DNA of 62,717 bases from NCBI GenBank assembly GCA_003614675.1, contig ML002236.1:1-62717 (forward strand), read 5' to 3'. This document shows positions 52,480 to 62,717 of this stretch, in pieces. The notes beneath the pieces are model-generated. The model searched no databases, was not told the origin of the DNA, and saw nothing but the letters and a program-made list of their open reading frames with translations. Position 1 is the first letter of the stretch; each line of letters opens with the position of its first letter. This DNA is from Dimargaris cristalligena (taxonomy: Eukaryota). Position numbers and translations under genes: made by a program.

Positions 52480-54150
52480 TTATGAGTTACTGGTCAGTGA
52501 CGGGTTAGCCGGGGGTGCCAATCCGTGAGTGCGGATGCTGAGGGCCCCGGCGCCCTGGGTGAGGCATGCGTCGGATTTGGTTTTGGCGAGGGGGGCCCCG
52601 GGAAGGGAGGTTGCCTCGGTTCCCATACGCTTGGCCGAGTTGGTGGTAGGCAGGATGCCGGAGTGGGAGCGGGGCAGGTCCAAAAGATGGCCCATGCGCT
52701 GAACCTTGACCTGTAGATAACGGTTAGCCTCCGCCATGACCCGGGAGGCGCTGGAGGGCGTAGCGGGACTGCCCGGTTGGGCGGACCGCGGGGCGGAATT
52801 CGGGTTCGAGAAGGTAGCCCCAGCCCGGCGGGGCTGCTGGGTCTGGTTGGGCAGTGGATACAGGTGTTTAGACGACGATAAATGGCTATGCACTCCGTCA
52901 CCGGGGGACAGCGGCCAGATTAGGGTGGAGGGACTGGATACGTTCGACGAGGCGGAATTGAGAGAAGTGACCGACGCGAACCGGTTCAGTTCCTTTGGGA
53001 GGGAGTTAGTGGGGGTTACAGAAGCCAGTTCAAAAGCGGAAAGGGGGGTTTGTGGGGCCTGCTTAGTATCCTCAGTCAACCGGAGAGAAGCTAGCTCGAG
53101 GGCGTCGGCGGGACTGTCTAGTCCGGAGTTGAATTGGGGACTCGGGCGGGGGGAAATATCGCCACTCGAATCGACCAGTAATTCCTGGTCCATATCATCT
53201 AGGGCCCCGGGGGTATCGTTCCACCAGCGGGGGATCATGGGTACCCGCTCGTCGACTAGGATCCCGGCATCCTGAATCTGCTGGATCTTATCGGGGTTAT
53301 TCGTCAACAGGCGAATGCGATTCAGCTCCAAGTCCCGGAGCATGGCGTAAGCCACATCATAGTTGCGGGCGTCGGCGGGGTGATTGAGCATCAAATTGGC
53401 AGTAACTGTATCGTGGCCCATGTCCTGAAGATTATAGGCGCGCAACTTGTCCATCAAACCAATCCCGCGGCCTTCCTGGCGAAGATAAATGACGACACCT
53501 CGCCGTTCAATCTGCATCAGGCGCATGGCCTCGGCCAGTTGGTAGCCACAGTCACAGCGGACTGAGGACACAGTCTCGCCGGTAAAGCATTCCGAGTGAA
53601 TACGGACCAGGGGGGCTGGGCCGGTGAAAGCATCGTCGCCATCAGCTTCGAGTATCTCTGATGAAGGGGAGCCAGAGTGAGCCAAGGATCCTGCCTCAGG
53701 ATTCGGCCGGGGCTTGGCCCCACGGATCAGCCGGTCGGCTTCTGTTTCGTCGGCCCGGGCCTCGTTCAACGAAAGACTATCGATATCATCGCCAAACATA
53801 ATGGCCAGATGCTCCTTCTGGTCCGCCGAGTTACGGTAGAGGTACAGGTAGAACTGGCCATCCGGATAAGGGATACGGGCACGGACTTCGCACCAAACGC
53901 GAACGGGGTCAGCGCGGGTAGCGGTGGCAGTGGGACTGGTGCTGCTTGGCAGGGAGGAGGTGGCTGACGGAGTGCGGGCCAACTCGGGGGGAGTAAGCAG
54001 GGGGATTTCCACGGGGGCCGCCCGCTCACCCAGGGAATCAGTGGTCTGGTTCATCGACTCGAGCAGCTTAGGCAAGATGTGGGTGAGAGAGTTGTCGCTA
54101 CCGGCCGGGGAGTCGCAGCAGCAGTGGGGGTTGGCTTGATGAGGAACCAT
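52480..54150 (-). CDS. RIB1: GTP cyclohydrolase II (riboflavin biosynthesis) with long low-complexity extensions
   Basis: LVRIHSECFTGETVSSVRCDCGYQL (Zn-binding Cys), YLRQEGRGIGLMDKLRAYNLQDMGHDTV.AN, RLLTNNPDK and YLQVKVQRMGHLL. Confidence 0.96.
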   Translation of the reverse strand: MVPHQANPHCCCDSPAGSDNSLTHILPKLLESMNQTTDSLGERAAPVEIPLLTPPELARTPSATSSLPSSTSPTATATRADPVRVWCEVRARIPYPDGQFYLYLYRNSADQKEHLAIMFGDDIDSLSLNEARADETEADRLIRGAKPRPNPEAGSLAHSGSPSSEILEADGDDAFTGPAPLVRIHSECFTGETVSSVRCDCGYQLAEAMRLMQIERRGVVIYLRQEGRGIGLMDKLRAYNLQDMGHDTVTANLMLNHPADARNYDVAYAMLRDLELNRIRLLTNNPDKIQQIQDAGILVDERVPMIPRWWNDTPGALDDMDQELLVDSSGDISPRPSPQFNSGLDSPADALELASLRLTEDTKQAPQTPLSAFELASVTPTNSLPKELNRFASVTSLNSASSNVSSPSTLIWPLSPGDGVHSHLSSSKHLYPLPNQTQQPRRAGATFSNPNSAPRSAQPGSPATPSSASRVMAEANRYLQVKVQRMGHLLDLPRSHSGILPTTNSAKRMGTEATSLPGAPLAKTKSDACLTQGAGALSIRTHGLAPPANPSLTSNS

Positions 54151-55122
54151 AGTCACAGTGTTACTGTTGAGAGGTACGGGGAAGGGTTATAGAAGTCTAT
54201 GGAGGGACAATGGCCAAAGAACGTCGTGCGGATCGGTCGTAATACTAGTACGCTAGTAAAATATATTAAATAACGAGTCGAGTTGCTGGAACACGGCACA
54301 CGGATTTGCGGTGAGTCTGACTAGGTTAGCTGAGCGTGGTGTAAAGCACTAGGAGGTCGAGACGGGAAGCGAAGACAAAGAGGGCTAGTGAGAATAGAAT
54401 AAGCTAGACAGCGTTCAGGACTGTATAAGAAATGCTACACGAAGGAATGCCCGTGTAATAATACCGGCGAGTGAGATAGACGAAGAAAGACTGGCGTGGG
54501 TCGCCGGATATATAGATATTCAGGGTTAATTAACCACAGTCTAAACTATAGATATTAGCTAGGGACAGGAATGAAGAAAAAGGGAAAGTGACTACTAAAG
54601 GGTCCAGGGAAAGGGATGTAATAATACAGTACAGGAGGTAGGTAGGAGACCAGGGTGGTCTTGGAAAGGAGTAGAGAGCACGAAAGTTATATAGGGTAGA
54701 AAAGAGTACAAATGGCCAAGGTGTAGTAGAATAGGTAGACTGGCTAAATTAACTAGTATGTTATATACTAGGCTAGTGTGCAGGAAAAGAGAGCGTGGCT
54801 CGGTAAAAGGAAGCAGCAGCAAATGAGCCTTAAGGGGAAATAGGGTTAATATAAGTGTGGCGGGGGACACGCTAAAGTGAGGTTCAGCCGACCAGGTGGG
54901 ACGGCAATTGGGCCTATTAAATATATATGAATCAGCTGGGGGAAAAGTTGACTGCTAAAGGCTGATGATATATCCCAAAGCGAATATGGTATATACTCAA
55001 GAAGGGAGGTCACGTGTAACAAATTGTAAAGGTGCCAAATGTTGCTGACAATAACAGCAAAAGACGAGTGGTTGGACTAGTAGAGCAAGAGAAGACACCC
55101 CTGCGATTACTAATAGAACTGG

Positions 55123-55140
55123 TTAGCTCTGGATCAACAT
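55123..55140 (-). promoter_or_regulatory. Candidate uORF (MLIQS*) in a putative long RIB1 5' leader
   Basis: The only minus-strand ATG between 54151 and 55370; reads ATG TTG ATC CAG AGC TAA. Confidence 0.4.
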
Positions 55141-58100
55141 AAAAGCGGCCAAACTGGAACAAATGGTGGTGAACAGCGCGAAATATTAATGGCCAAGGGG
55201 AAATGGTACAGGAAGAGGGTAGAGCAGTGAAAGGCCCGGGCACTAATGCGGCAAGGTGAGGAGAACTATAGTAAACTGAGAAGGGAAGAGCGGTGGAGTA
55301 CGTAATGAGGGGAGAGGGCCAAGAGGGGGCGATTGACTGCTTTTATGGCAGGAGAATGGCCACTATTTGGCATTGCATGACTAACCCGATGAGTGGGCGA
55401 TTGGCCCACCCTTGTCCTGGCCCACCAATCACCATAGTGGAGCGCAGTCTCCCTTTTTCCTCTACTGGCATTTCTTCGTTCTTTTCCCGTCTATAGTTCC
55501 TCACACCATCCCCATGGCACTGGGTGTGGGCGACTCATTGGGTGTCATTAAGGAAGCGAACTAAAGTGTGGAGGGTTAATTCAGATGATTCCCCTGCATC
55601 TCCAAACCATATTTTATAGCCCCCCTTTGCTTCGGGCGAGCCGGGTCCCCTTACCAAAACTAGCCCAATTGGCGGAAACTGAAGAGTCAACTCTATACGT
55701 TAAACTCTCCACTATTTAGTCGGTGTAAGTCTCCGCTCGGGCGTCTGCAACAGTTCACCAAGCGTGAGTTGACTAATTCTACACCTTGGCCCAGTCCAAC
55801 ACGATGCATGTTAATCACTGCAAATGTACCTTATCAACTGGCGCCCCCATGCGGCCATGTAGTCTACGAAATGCGCAGGGGAAAGTAGGATTGCCCTCTT
55901 CATTTTCCACCCACTGTCCCTCTCCGCGTTAATACGTCTTTCGAATGATAGAATCGGCATTCCTACTGGCGAACAACAGAACAATTGCATACCATTCCGC
56001 CAGTAAGGGGGCCGTCTCTCGACCCAAATGGCCTGTATTGTTCGTAAAATACCCTGTCGACATTCTCATTAGCTTGGATCATAGCCCACCACCATTCAAT
56101 GATGGCTAGAGGCATCCTTCCTGGCCTCCAAAATATCGCCATCGTCCCCATGCCGATTAGGAGGGTCGTCCGAGAACTGGTGACCCCCGCCCGCCTGGCC
56201 ATCATCACCCTCCAATTCGGGATTTCGCCACCACTCGGCTAACGAAGAAATCGCTTTAACCATTATACCAAGGCATGGCCATAGCTGAATCATCGGCCAC
56301 TAAGGGCACAGGCCGGAAGGGAACCATCCTCCCCCTAATCATCACTTCCGTTCTACCAAAAGGTCAATATTTGGACCACATGCCCCGGGGCGGCTTGGGA
56401 GACGATCTCAGCCCGGCTGGTCAACCACAACAACAACTATCGCCACCGCAGCTCGAATTGATGCTCGCCATTAGGTAGTGTCACCTTTTTCCCCATTCTC
56501 CTTCTTCACACGTTGCCCGTCAAGTTGTTTCATTGGGGGTGGCATCGTTCACAACCGTTCACTGTTTTCAGATCATTCTGTATTTGGCCAGACCGCCCGT
56601 GCACAGGGTCTTTATCACCACTTTTTGCCTCACCTCATCCCCTTCTCTTCGGTTTCCCTCACTAATGGCTGTGGTAACCGTTGATATAAACAACCCGCAT
56701 GGCCCTATGACCGGGGCGTGGTAATTTAAACCGGGTAACATTAAACCTGTTCCATATCCAGTAGGTAAAAATAATCGCCTAGGCCTGCCATTGTAAAGGC
56801 TGATGGAGTGGACTCCTTAATGGTGATTCCATGGCAGTTCGCCAATAAACGACTGTAATTTCAGGTGTAAAGCAATGGGTCCGCTGGATCCCCTTTTCCA
56901 TTTTCAGGGGGCAGACCCAAAGGCCGCTGTGCCTTTCACTCCCATTCATCGACCGGTGTTCCAAGACGTTTCCGGTAGTACACCTTTCTTTATTGATTTT
57001 TTAGGACATATTGGCATTCCGGATCAAGCGACAGTGGTCAAGTGAGGTCCACAACAATACGTGGCCTCGAAATTGGGCGATTTGGGGGAAAGTCAATTGT
57101 AGCTAAATAGGCCGGATCACCGGGTAAGTCGCTCACTCAAGGCAATGGTCATATTCCCCGTAATTTAACCCGAGCCGGTTACCAGAAATGAACATACATG
57201 GTCGGATAACTCAGTCCGGCTGAGTGGAGTGGGGCGGCGTAAATAATTTCCATTTCATCGATGTGGTCGGCTAGAATGTGACCAAAAAAAATATTTAAAA
57301 TATGTGGTTGGTATGTTTGAGGTCAATAGTATGGTCACCAACCGATTGACCCACCTAGCCATTTTTTTCCTTCTTCTTTTGATGACACTAATCATCTTCT
57401 TCAATGTGTGAATCATTCCACTGCCATGGCAATGGCGTAATGACCGAGGTCGGCAAGGGAAAATCCCCATGCTGGTCACATGCGGAAGGTAAGTCGCCGG
57501 GATATACTGCAAATGAAACTAGGGATAAAAAACTATGGCACTTGTAGGTATTTAGTAAAGCGCTTCTAACCATGCATTGAATACCCATTCCTACTGAAGG
57601 GGGGGGGACACTTGGACTCATGAACTAAGATTCACAGTAGGGAACTGTTGATTGTCGGCGGTAGGCCATCCCCAAACTCCTTCACAGTGGTTCTGCTGGC
57701 ATCTTAGACTACGTATAAGGCATACTTTATTATACAGAGTCGTTGCCTAATTAAAGGAATATTAGAGATCCATAGACCAGATGGGATGGACACAGAAGAT
57801 AGCTAGTTTGGGCTACGACCGGGGTGGAAGCCAAAGGAATTAGCCAAATCGACCACCGCGGTTAGAATTACTCCCAGACTGCCCGTCAATCGCAAAATGA
57901 AGCACCGAAGGGGGTTGATCTGAAACACCCAGTTATCCAGTTAAAAAGGGGGCGGTGTTCAGATTTCATTTCCGTGAAACAAGATTATAGGGATGGACGG
58001 GGGAGGAGGGGCAGAAGTAAAGGACGGGGGAGGGAAAGTAATGAAAATATGAAAATACCGAAGTTTAGATGGCCCAGTATGCCTACGCGATCGCCACCGT

Positions 58101-59363
58101 TTCGTCTTTACTACCAGTCGTTAACTGTGTAAATGGGTGGTGGTGAATCAGCGATGATGTAAACAAAGGACCGTCTGCGGAACCCCGAAATCCGCTGTCC
58201 AGCTGACCACCAGTGTCCGGAAATGGGCATAATAGAAGACTGTGTCACAGCTAGTTCTGAAACGATACCTGCTCTACTACACCCCCTCTCCCGACACTCA
58301 TTTTTCTTGCAAATAGGCTATCACCACTAAATACGATTTAATTTTGACCTTATATTATAGTTTCCAGGTTATGAAAGTACTCAGGCCATAATGCTGGTGG
58401 ATGCAACGGGAATACTGCCTGGTGGAAGGATGATTATCCAAGTGTCCCGTTTGGGGGAGGGTATAATAAGGAAAAAATCGGGAATACCCATACCCAACAC
58501 TGTATACGATGGCACTTTAAATGGATGTAGAAAAAAAATGCCATGATGATCACCACAATGGGCCAGTCCATATTAGGCAACTAGTGTTCATTCAGTGGGT
58601 TTGGTAACTGGGAACCATTACTTCTATTGGGAGAAATATTTGAATGTGAGTAATTTGACCCAGACTCAACAAGGGTTAAATCAAGTTAGCGCTGAAGTAT
58701 TTGCCTGGGATGCCTCTGGAAAGCGGTTAACGAGGTTCGCGTATTATGCTGGATTTGAGGATGTAGAAGCGAGCCAAATGCCAGGATAATCAAGGCAATT
58801 AATTTAATCCACTAAATCCCTCACTACCATGTAGCAACGACCTGTTTTGGGCAATGCAAAATTCTGAGGGCCAGTATATACCTATTCATGATCGAGAGGG
58901 TAATGTAAGTCATTGGCGGTGAAAGCGGTTTTCGAATAAGCGCCAGTAGCAGGGTGCGCGTATCAGCGCATCGATTTGAATACCCTAATAATTAGCGTGT
59001 GAAGAGCAGGTAAACGGGGGTGGACCAGGATAGGAACTGAGTGCCTCAGGCTACCATCCAGCGGCTGTTTTGGGACTCTCCCGCTCCTTCTTAAAAATTA
59101 TTTTAGGTGGGGATAGTGTTATTGCGTTTCACTTGGATGGGCCAGGGGCACCAATTAGGAACCACTGTGTTTATACGTTGCCAAAAGGATTAGCAAAATA
59201 TATTGCAGTTGAATCCCTATTGCATCAGCCAGAAAATTAAATCAGGGTAGTGGGTATAAAGTAGCAGTGATTGCAAACAGCCCAGTAATGAGGTATTCTT
59301 TTAATGACGGACTACTTCTTCAATATAACTCAGATACCAGCTGTGAGTTGCCACCATATGTAG

Positions 59364-59501
59364 ATATGGGTGAACTTCAACCCAACTGTATAATTTTACA
59401 CAATGTGTGGGATAATATGTGGGAGAATAACTTTTGACCAGTAATATTTACCTCATCAAATGGATTATTCGTTATACAGCCTGGATGAACTTCTGCCATA
59501 T
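59364..59501. mobile_element. MITE-like element, copy 2 (138 bp)
   Basis: Same orientation as 39957-40100 and near-identical to it, with a few indels and substitutions; same imperfect TIRs. Confidence 0.75.
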
Positions 59502-61493
59502 GCATTTACCACAATTTAACCGCACAAATCTCATACATCTAAATATAACTCGTCTTTGACCTACACCTTAACAATTATTCACTATGTGAATGTGAATCCC
59601 TGACTGTCAACTTTGACTGTTTTTTTTTTGTATTATTTTGTGATCCCTAATAAGGGGGATCAACTCCCACAAAGTATAGGGGAGGTTCAGTCCGACTACA
59701 TAACGAAAAATCGGTTTGACGAGGCGAATTTATTGGGTAAACACCAATTCCCCATCTGCTTTATTATATCCATTTCATTCGATCCCCTTCCTATACAGCC
59801 CTATTGAATTACACGCATGCGTTGATGTCCACTAGCGGATATAGGTTACGTGCTTTGCCGGATTTTTCATTGGTAAAATAATTGATAGCACTATTTACGC
59901 ACCTGTACACCAGGGTAAAATGAGTCACTACTGTCTTATTAATCTGACAATCCCATTCAAAATATATATGATGGACCTGTCGAGTCATTTCCGAATTAAC
60001 ATATACGACCAACGGAAATGATCCATCTGACCTAATATTTATTGTCTGATCTACATGTCTATCCACGCCCATCTGGATGGCAAATTCCTGGCCAACCATT
60101 TATTAGGCCGCATGACCACCCTGGGACTGTGCCAGAAATGCAGGTAATGTGAACAACAATCACTGAAGACCGCCAATCCCTTAGTTAACCCACCCCACTA
60201 AGGCCACTCAATTGTGCTTCATGACAGGAGGGACAGATGTAACTGAGGAGCCTCACCAATTATTCAAAAGCGATCCCTGTGTGCAGTGTGTTTAATCGTG
60301 AAATGCAATATCCGCAGGAGGGAGTGGTGGTGGCTTGGTGGGAAAGACTAGCGTTTAATTGCCTATGCCAGTTGATACTGTATTCCTTCAGATCCGGCAG
60401 TTTATCCGAACAGGGGAGGGGGCGCATTATCCCCCAAGGTCGCCTTATGCATGGCCGCCTGTTCGGTAAGCCTTTATTTTAACGGTATTAGTTCATTGTC
60501 ATGTTTCCTAACAAGTTAGGTTTCCGTGTTACCCTTTACAGGTTCTTTAATCTCAGGCTTGGTCATTGTTAGGGAAAGATCGGTCACTTAGACAAACCAT
60601 TGTCTAAAAGTCCAACGGCTCACCTAGGATACCGAATCCCAAAGAAGTAGACGCGGGAATTTGCCATAGGCTATATTTGAAACAAAGTAAAGTCGTAATC
60701 TATTTTAAGTAATGGGGTCCCCATGACCCCGTCCAGTAATGTTAGAGGTCCCATATTTTTGTCAACATCCCTTATTTATTCACAACAACTTAAAATAAAG
60801 TGAAACTAGTTAGTGAGTGGACTTCCGCGAGTTTGATATGCTATAGCTGTAGACAGCAAGTCAGTTGATTGAGATGCTGTAGAAAATGACCTTTGCCATT
60901 ATAACCCAGCACGGTTAAACGTGTCCCATGTTGATTTATTTATAGGAAACATACCGGATTGGTAAATTGGGTGAGTTGGTTTTTAGATATACCGTTCGAC
61001 CACCAGGGCTGCGAAATTAGATTAAATACATTAGAGGTCTCATTATTTCCATTGTTGCCTGAGCTCATTGCTTGACTGGTGGTGATGTAAAAACCTCACT
61101 TAAAGCTAATGGGGCCTGCATCATTGAACGTAGGTAGAGATATCCGGGCAAAGCAGCTATAGACAAAGCAATGCTAATTGGGTATAGAAAATAAACATTG
61201 TCTCACTGAGACATGCATATTTGGGCAGAAGCAGGTCGGAGTGAGGATCTGTATAAACTAAGCTAAGTGTTCAAGAGTAAATAGTTGTAGATGTTAGTAT
61301 CTAACTCACTGATCAATAAATATATAATCTTATTTGTTCTAACTGATAACATATATACAGAAAAATATATAGGTTTCTTAAGACTCTGGCAATGGAAGCC
61401 AGTCATATAATTCAAAAATAATATCTATATTAGAATGCATCTCCCCCCAGGTGCTATTTACCATATTGGATATTTGGAGTAATCCTATTAGTC

Positions 61494-62375
61494 TGTCACC
61501 CAGGTTAACCACTCTTAGTCCATCAAGAGTCCCAAGGATAGGCTTCTAATTGTAGGTGGGGCTTAGACTTGGCTAAGCAGGCTACTAGTATCAGGTACAG
61601 GTACTAACTAATAAAGGCTAAGTGTAGGTATAGGTAAGGGACATGGAGTGGGTACACTTACTAGTCAGTACAAGGGGGGTGAGTATATATAATATTTATT
61701 AAGTAAACAAGGGGTAAGAATAAGCTAACAAATCTAACTGGCCCCAATGGGGCCTAGTTATATATACATAGGGACAACTCCAGTAGGGGGTCTTAAGAGA
61801 AGGATACTACTAAGACTAATGTAAAGATTAATAAGCTGACTAGATAGTTGTGGGTAGCTGGAAGTCTCTGAGGGTAGCTAGAAGAGTCTATAGATTAGTA
61901 CTAGTGTATAGAACTGTCACTCAGGTTAACCACTCTTAGTCTGTCAAGAGTCCTAGGGATATGCTTCTAATATTAGGTGGGGCTTGGGCTTGGCCAAGTG
62001 GGCTACTAGTATTAGGATAGAGCATAGTGCTAACAAATAAAGGATAATGTAGGTAAATATTAGGGATGTGCAGTAGGTATACTTACTAGTTAGTACAAGG
62101 GGGTGAGTATATATAGAGTTTATTGAGGTAAACTGAGGGTATGAAATAAGCTAAGGCATTGAACCAGTCCCAGTGGGGTCTGGTTATATATACATAGGGA
62201 CAGCTCCAGAGGGAGGTCCCAAGGGAAATACTACTACACCTAAGGTATGGATAAGTAAAGAATCTGACCAGATGGCTTCGCATTGGGAAGACTCTTATAG
62301 GAACTGGAAGAGTCTTATATCAGTGAGTTGAGTGTTTGGAGTACAAAGTGTTGGGGTTGAATGAGTAAGGTTACA
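61494..62375 (-). mobile_element. Two tandem degenerate LTR-like units (about 421 and 461 bp), probably retrotransposon solo-LTR relics
   Basis: Direct repeat with a 421-bp offset (TGTCAC.CAGGTTAACCACTCTTAGTC at 61494 and 61915). Unit 2 is bounded by TGTCAC...GTTACA (TG...CA ends). On the minus strand a TATATATAA precedes AATAAA. Strong CpG depletion. Confidence 0.65.
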
Positions 62376-62717
62376 TAATAAAAGATGACCCCATAGTACC
62401 GGGGGTGACTATGGGAGGGTTAATATGGTACTATAAGGCCTAAATAGGATGGTAATCATTAGGTCTGGATTAAGTTGGATTAGGAGGGCTGATAAGAACT
62501 GAAATCAAATCCTTAAAAACTGAACTTTATTTGAAAAATAGATGATAAAAAGGGAAATGTGATGATAAACTTACTGTTCCAAGAGGTAGTAGCAAGGGTG
62601 AATATTTATATTTGAAAGGGGAAGCCTAAATAAAAAGATGGATGAATAATAGAGAAATGGAGAGAAGGTCCCAGAAGATTGGATGACTAAGCAAAGGGAA
62701 AGGGAAGGGAGTTCCTT

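Noticed and set aside
59809-60099. 96-aa ATG-initiated minus-strand ORF in the gene-poor region
   Set aside because: No recognisable motif, AT-rich codon usage unlike the real genes, and no supporting splice signals.
62376-62717. Possible gag/pol internal region next to the LTR
   Set aside because: No PBS, PPT, target-site duplication or translatable retroelement motif is recognisable within the window.

Overview
Eukaryotic, intron-containing fungal genomic DNA (GT-AG introns mostly 100-400 nt, GTAAGT donors, CTAAC/CTGAC branch sites). Gene content and style suggest an early-diverging fungus, possibly Zoopagomycota (inference only). About 17 protein-coding genes can be built by hand: a Jen1-type carboxylate MFS transporter (3' end outside the window), a UBTD/DC-UbP protein, NAP1, an uncharacterised galactose-binding-fold protein, nucleolar FKBP (FPR3/4), GET3, a TED1-like metallophosphoesterase, DNA ligase I (CDC9), NDUFS8, CUS2/Tat-SF1, DPM3, a CCX/NCLX-type cation/Ca2+ exchanger, an orphan 7TM protein, CDC7 kinase, a very divergent Slo/BK-like channel, an SDR oxidoreductase and GTP cyclohydrolase II (RIB1). 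The last ~8 kb is gene-poor. It holds a second copy of a small MITE-like element and tandem, CpG-decayed LTR relics. The most notable signals are: (1) a Slo/BK-like channel whose TVGYG filter is replaced by INGPTD; (2) a candidate CUG-initiated mitochondrial presequence on DNA ligase I; (3) a long last intron in NAP1 that carries a sense-strand hairpin and separates the CKQQ prenylation exon; (4) a ~1.2 kb AUG-depleted leader with one tiny uORF upstream of RIB1; (5) a rewritten Jen1 specificity motif. All gene models were read by eye and are not confirmed by RNA data or database searches.
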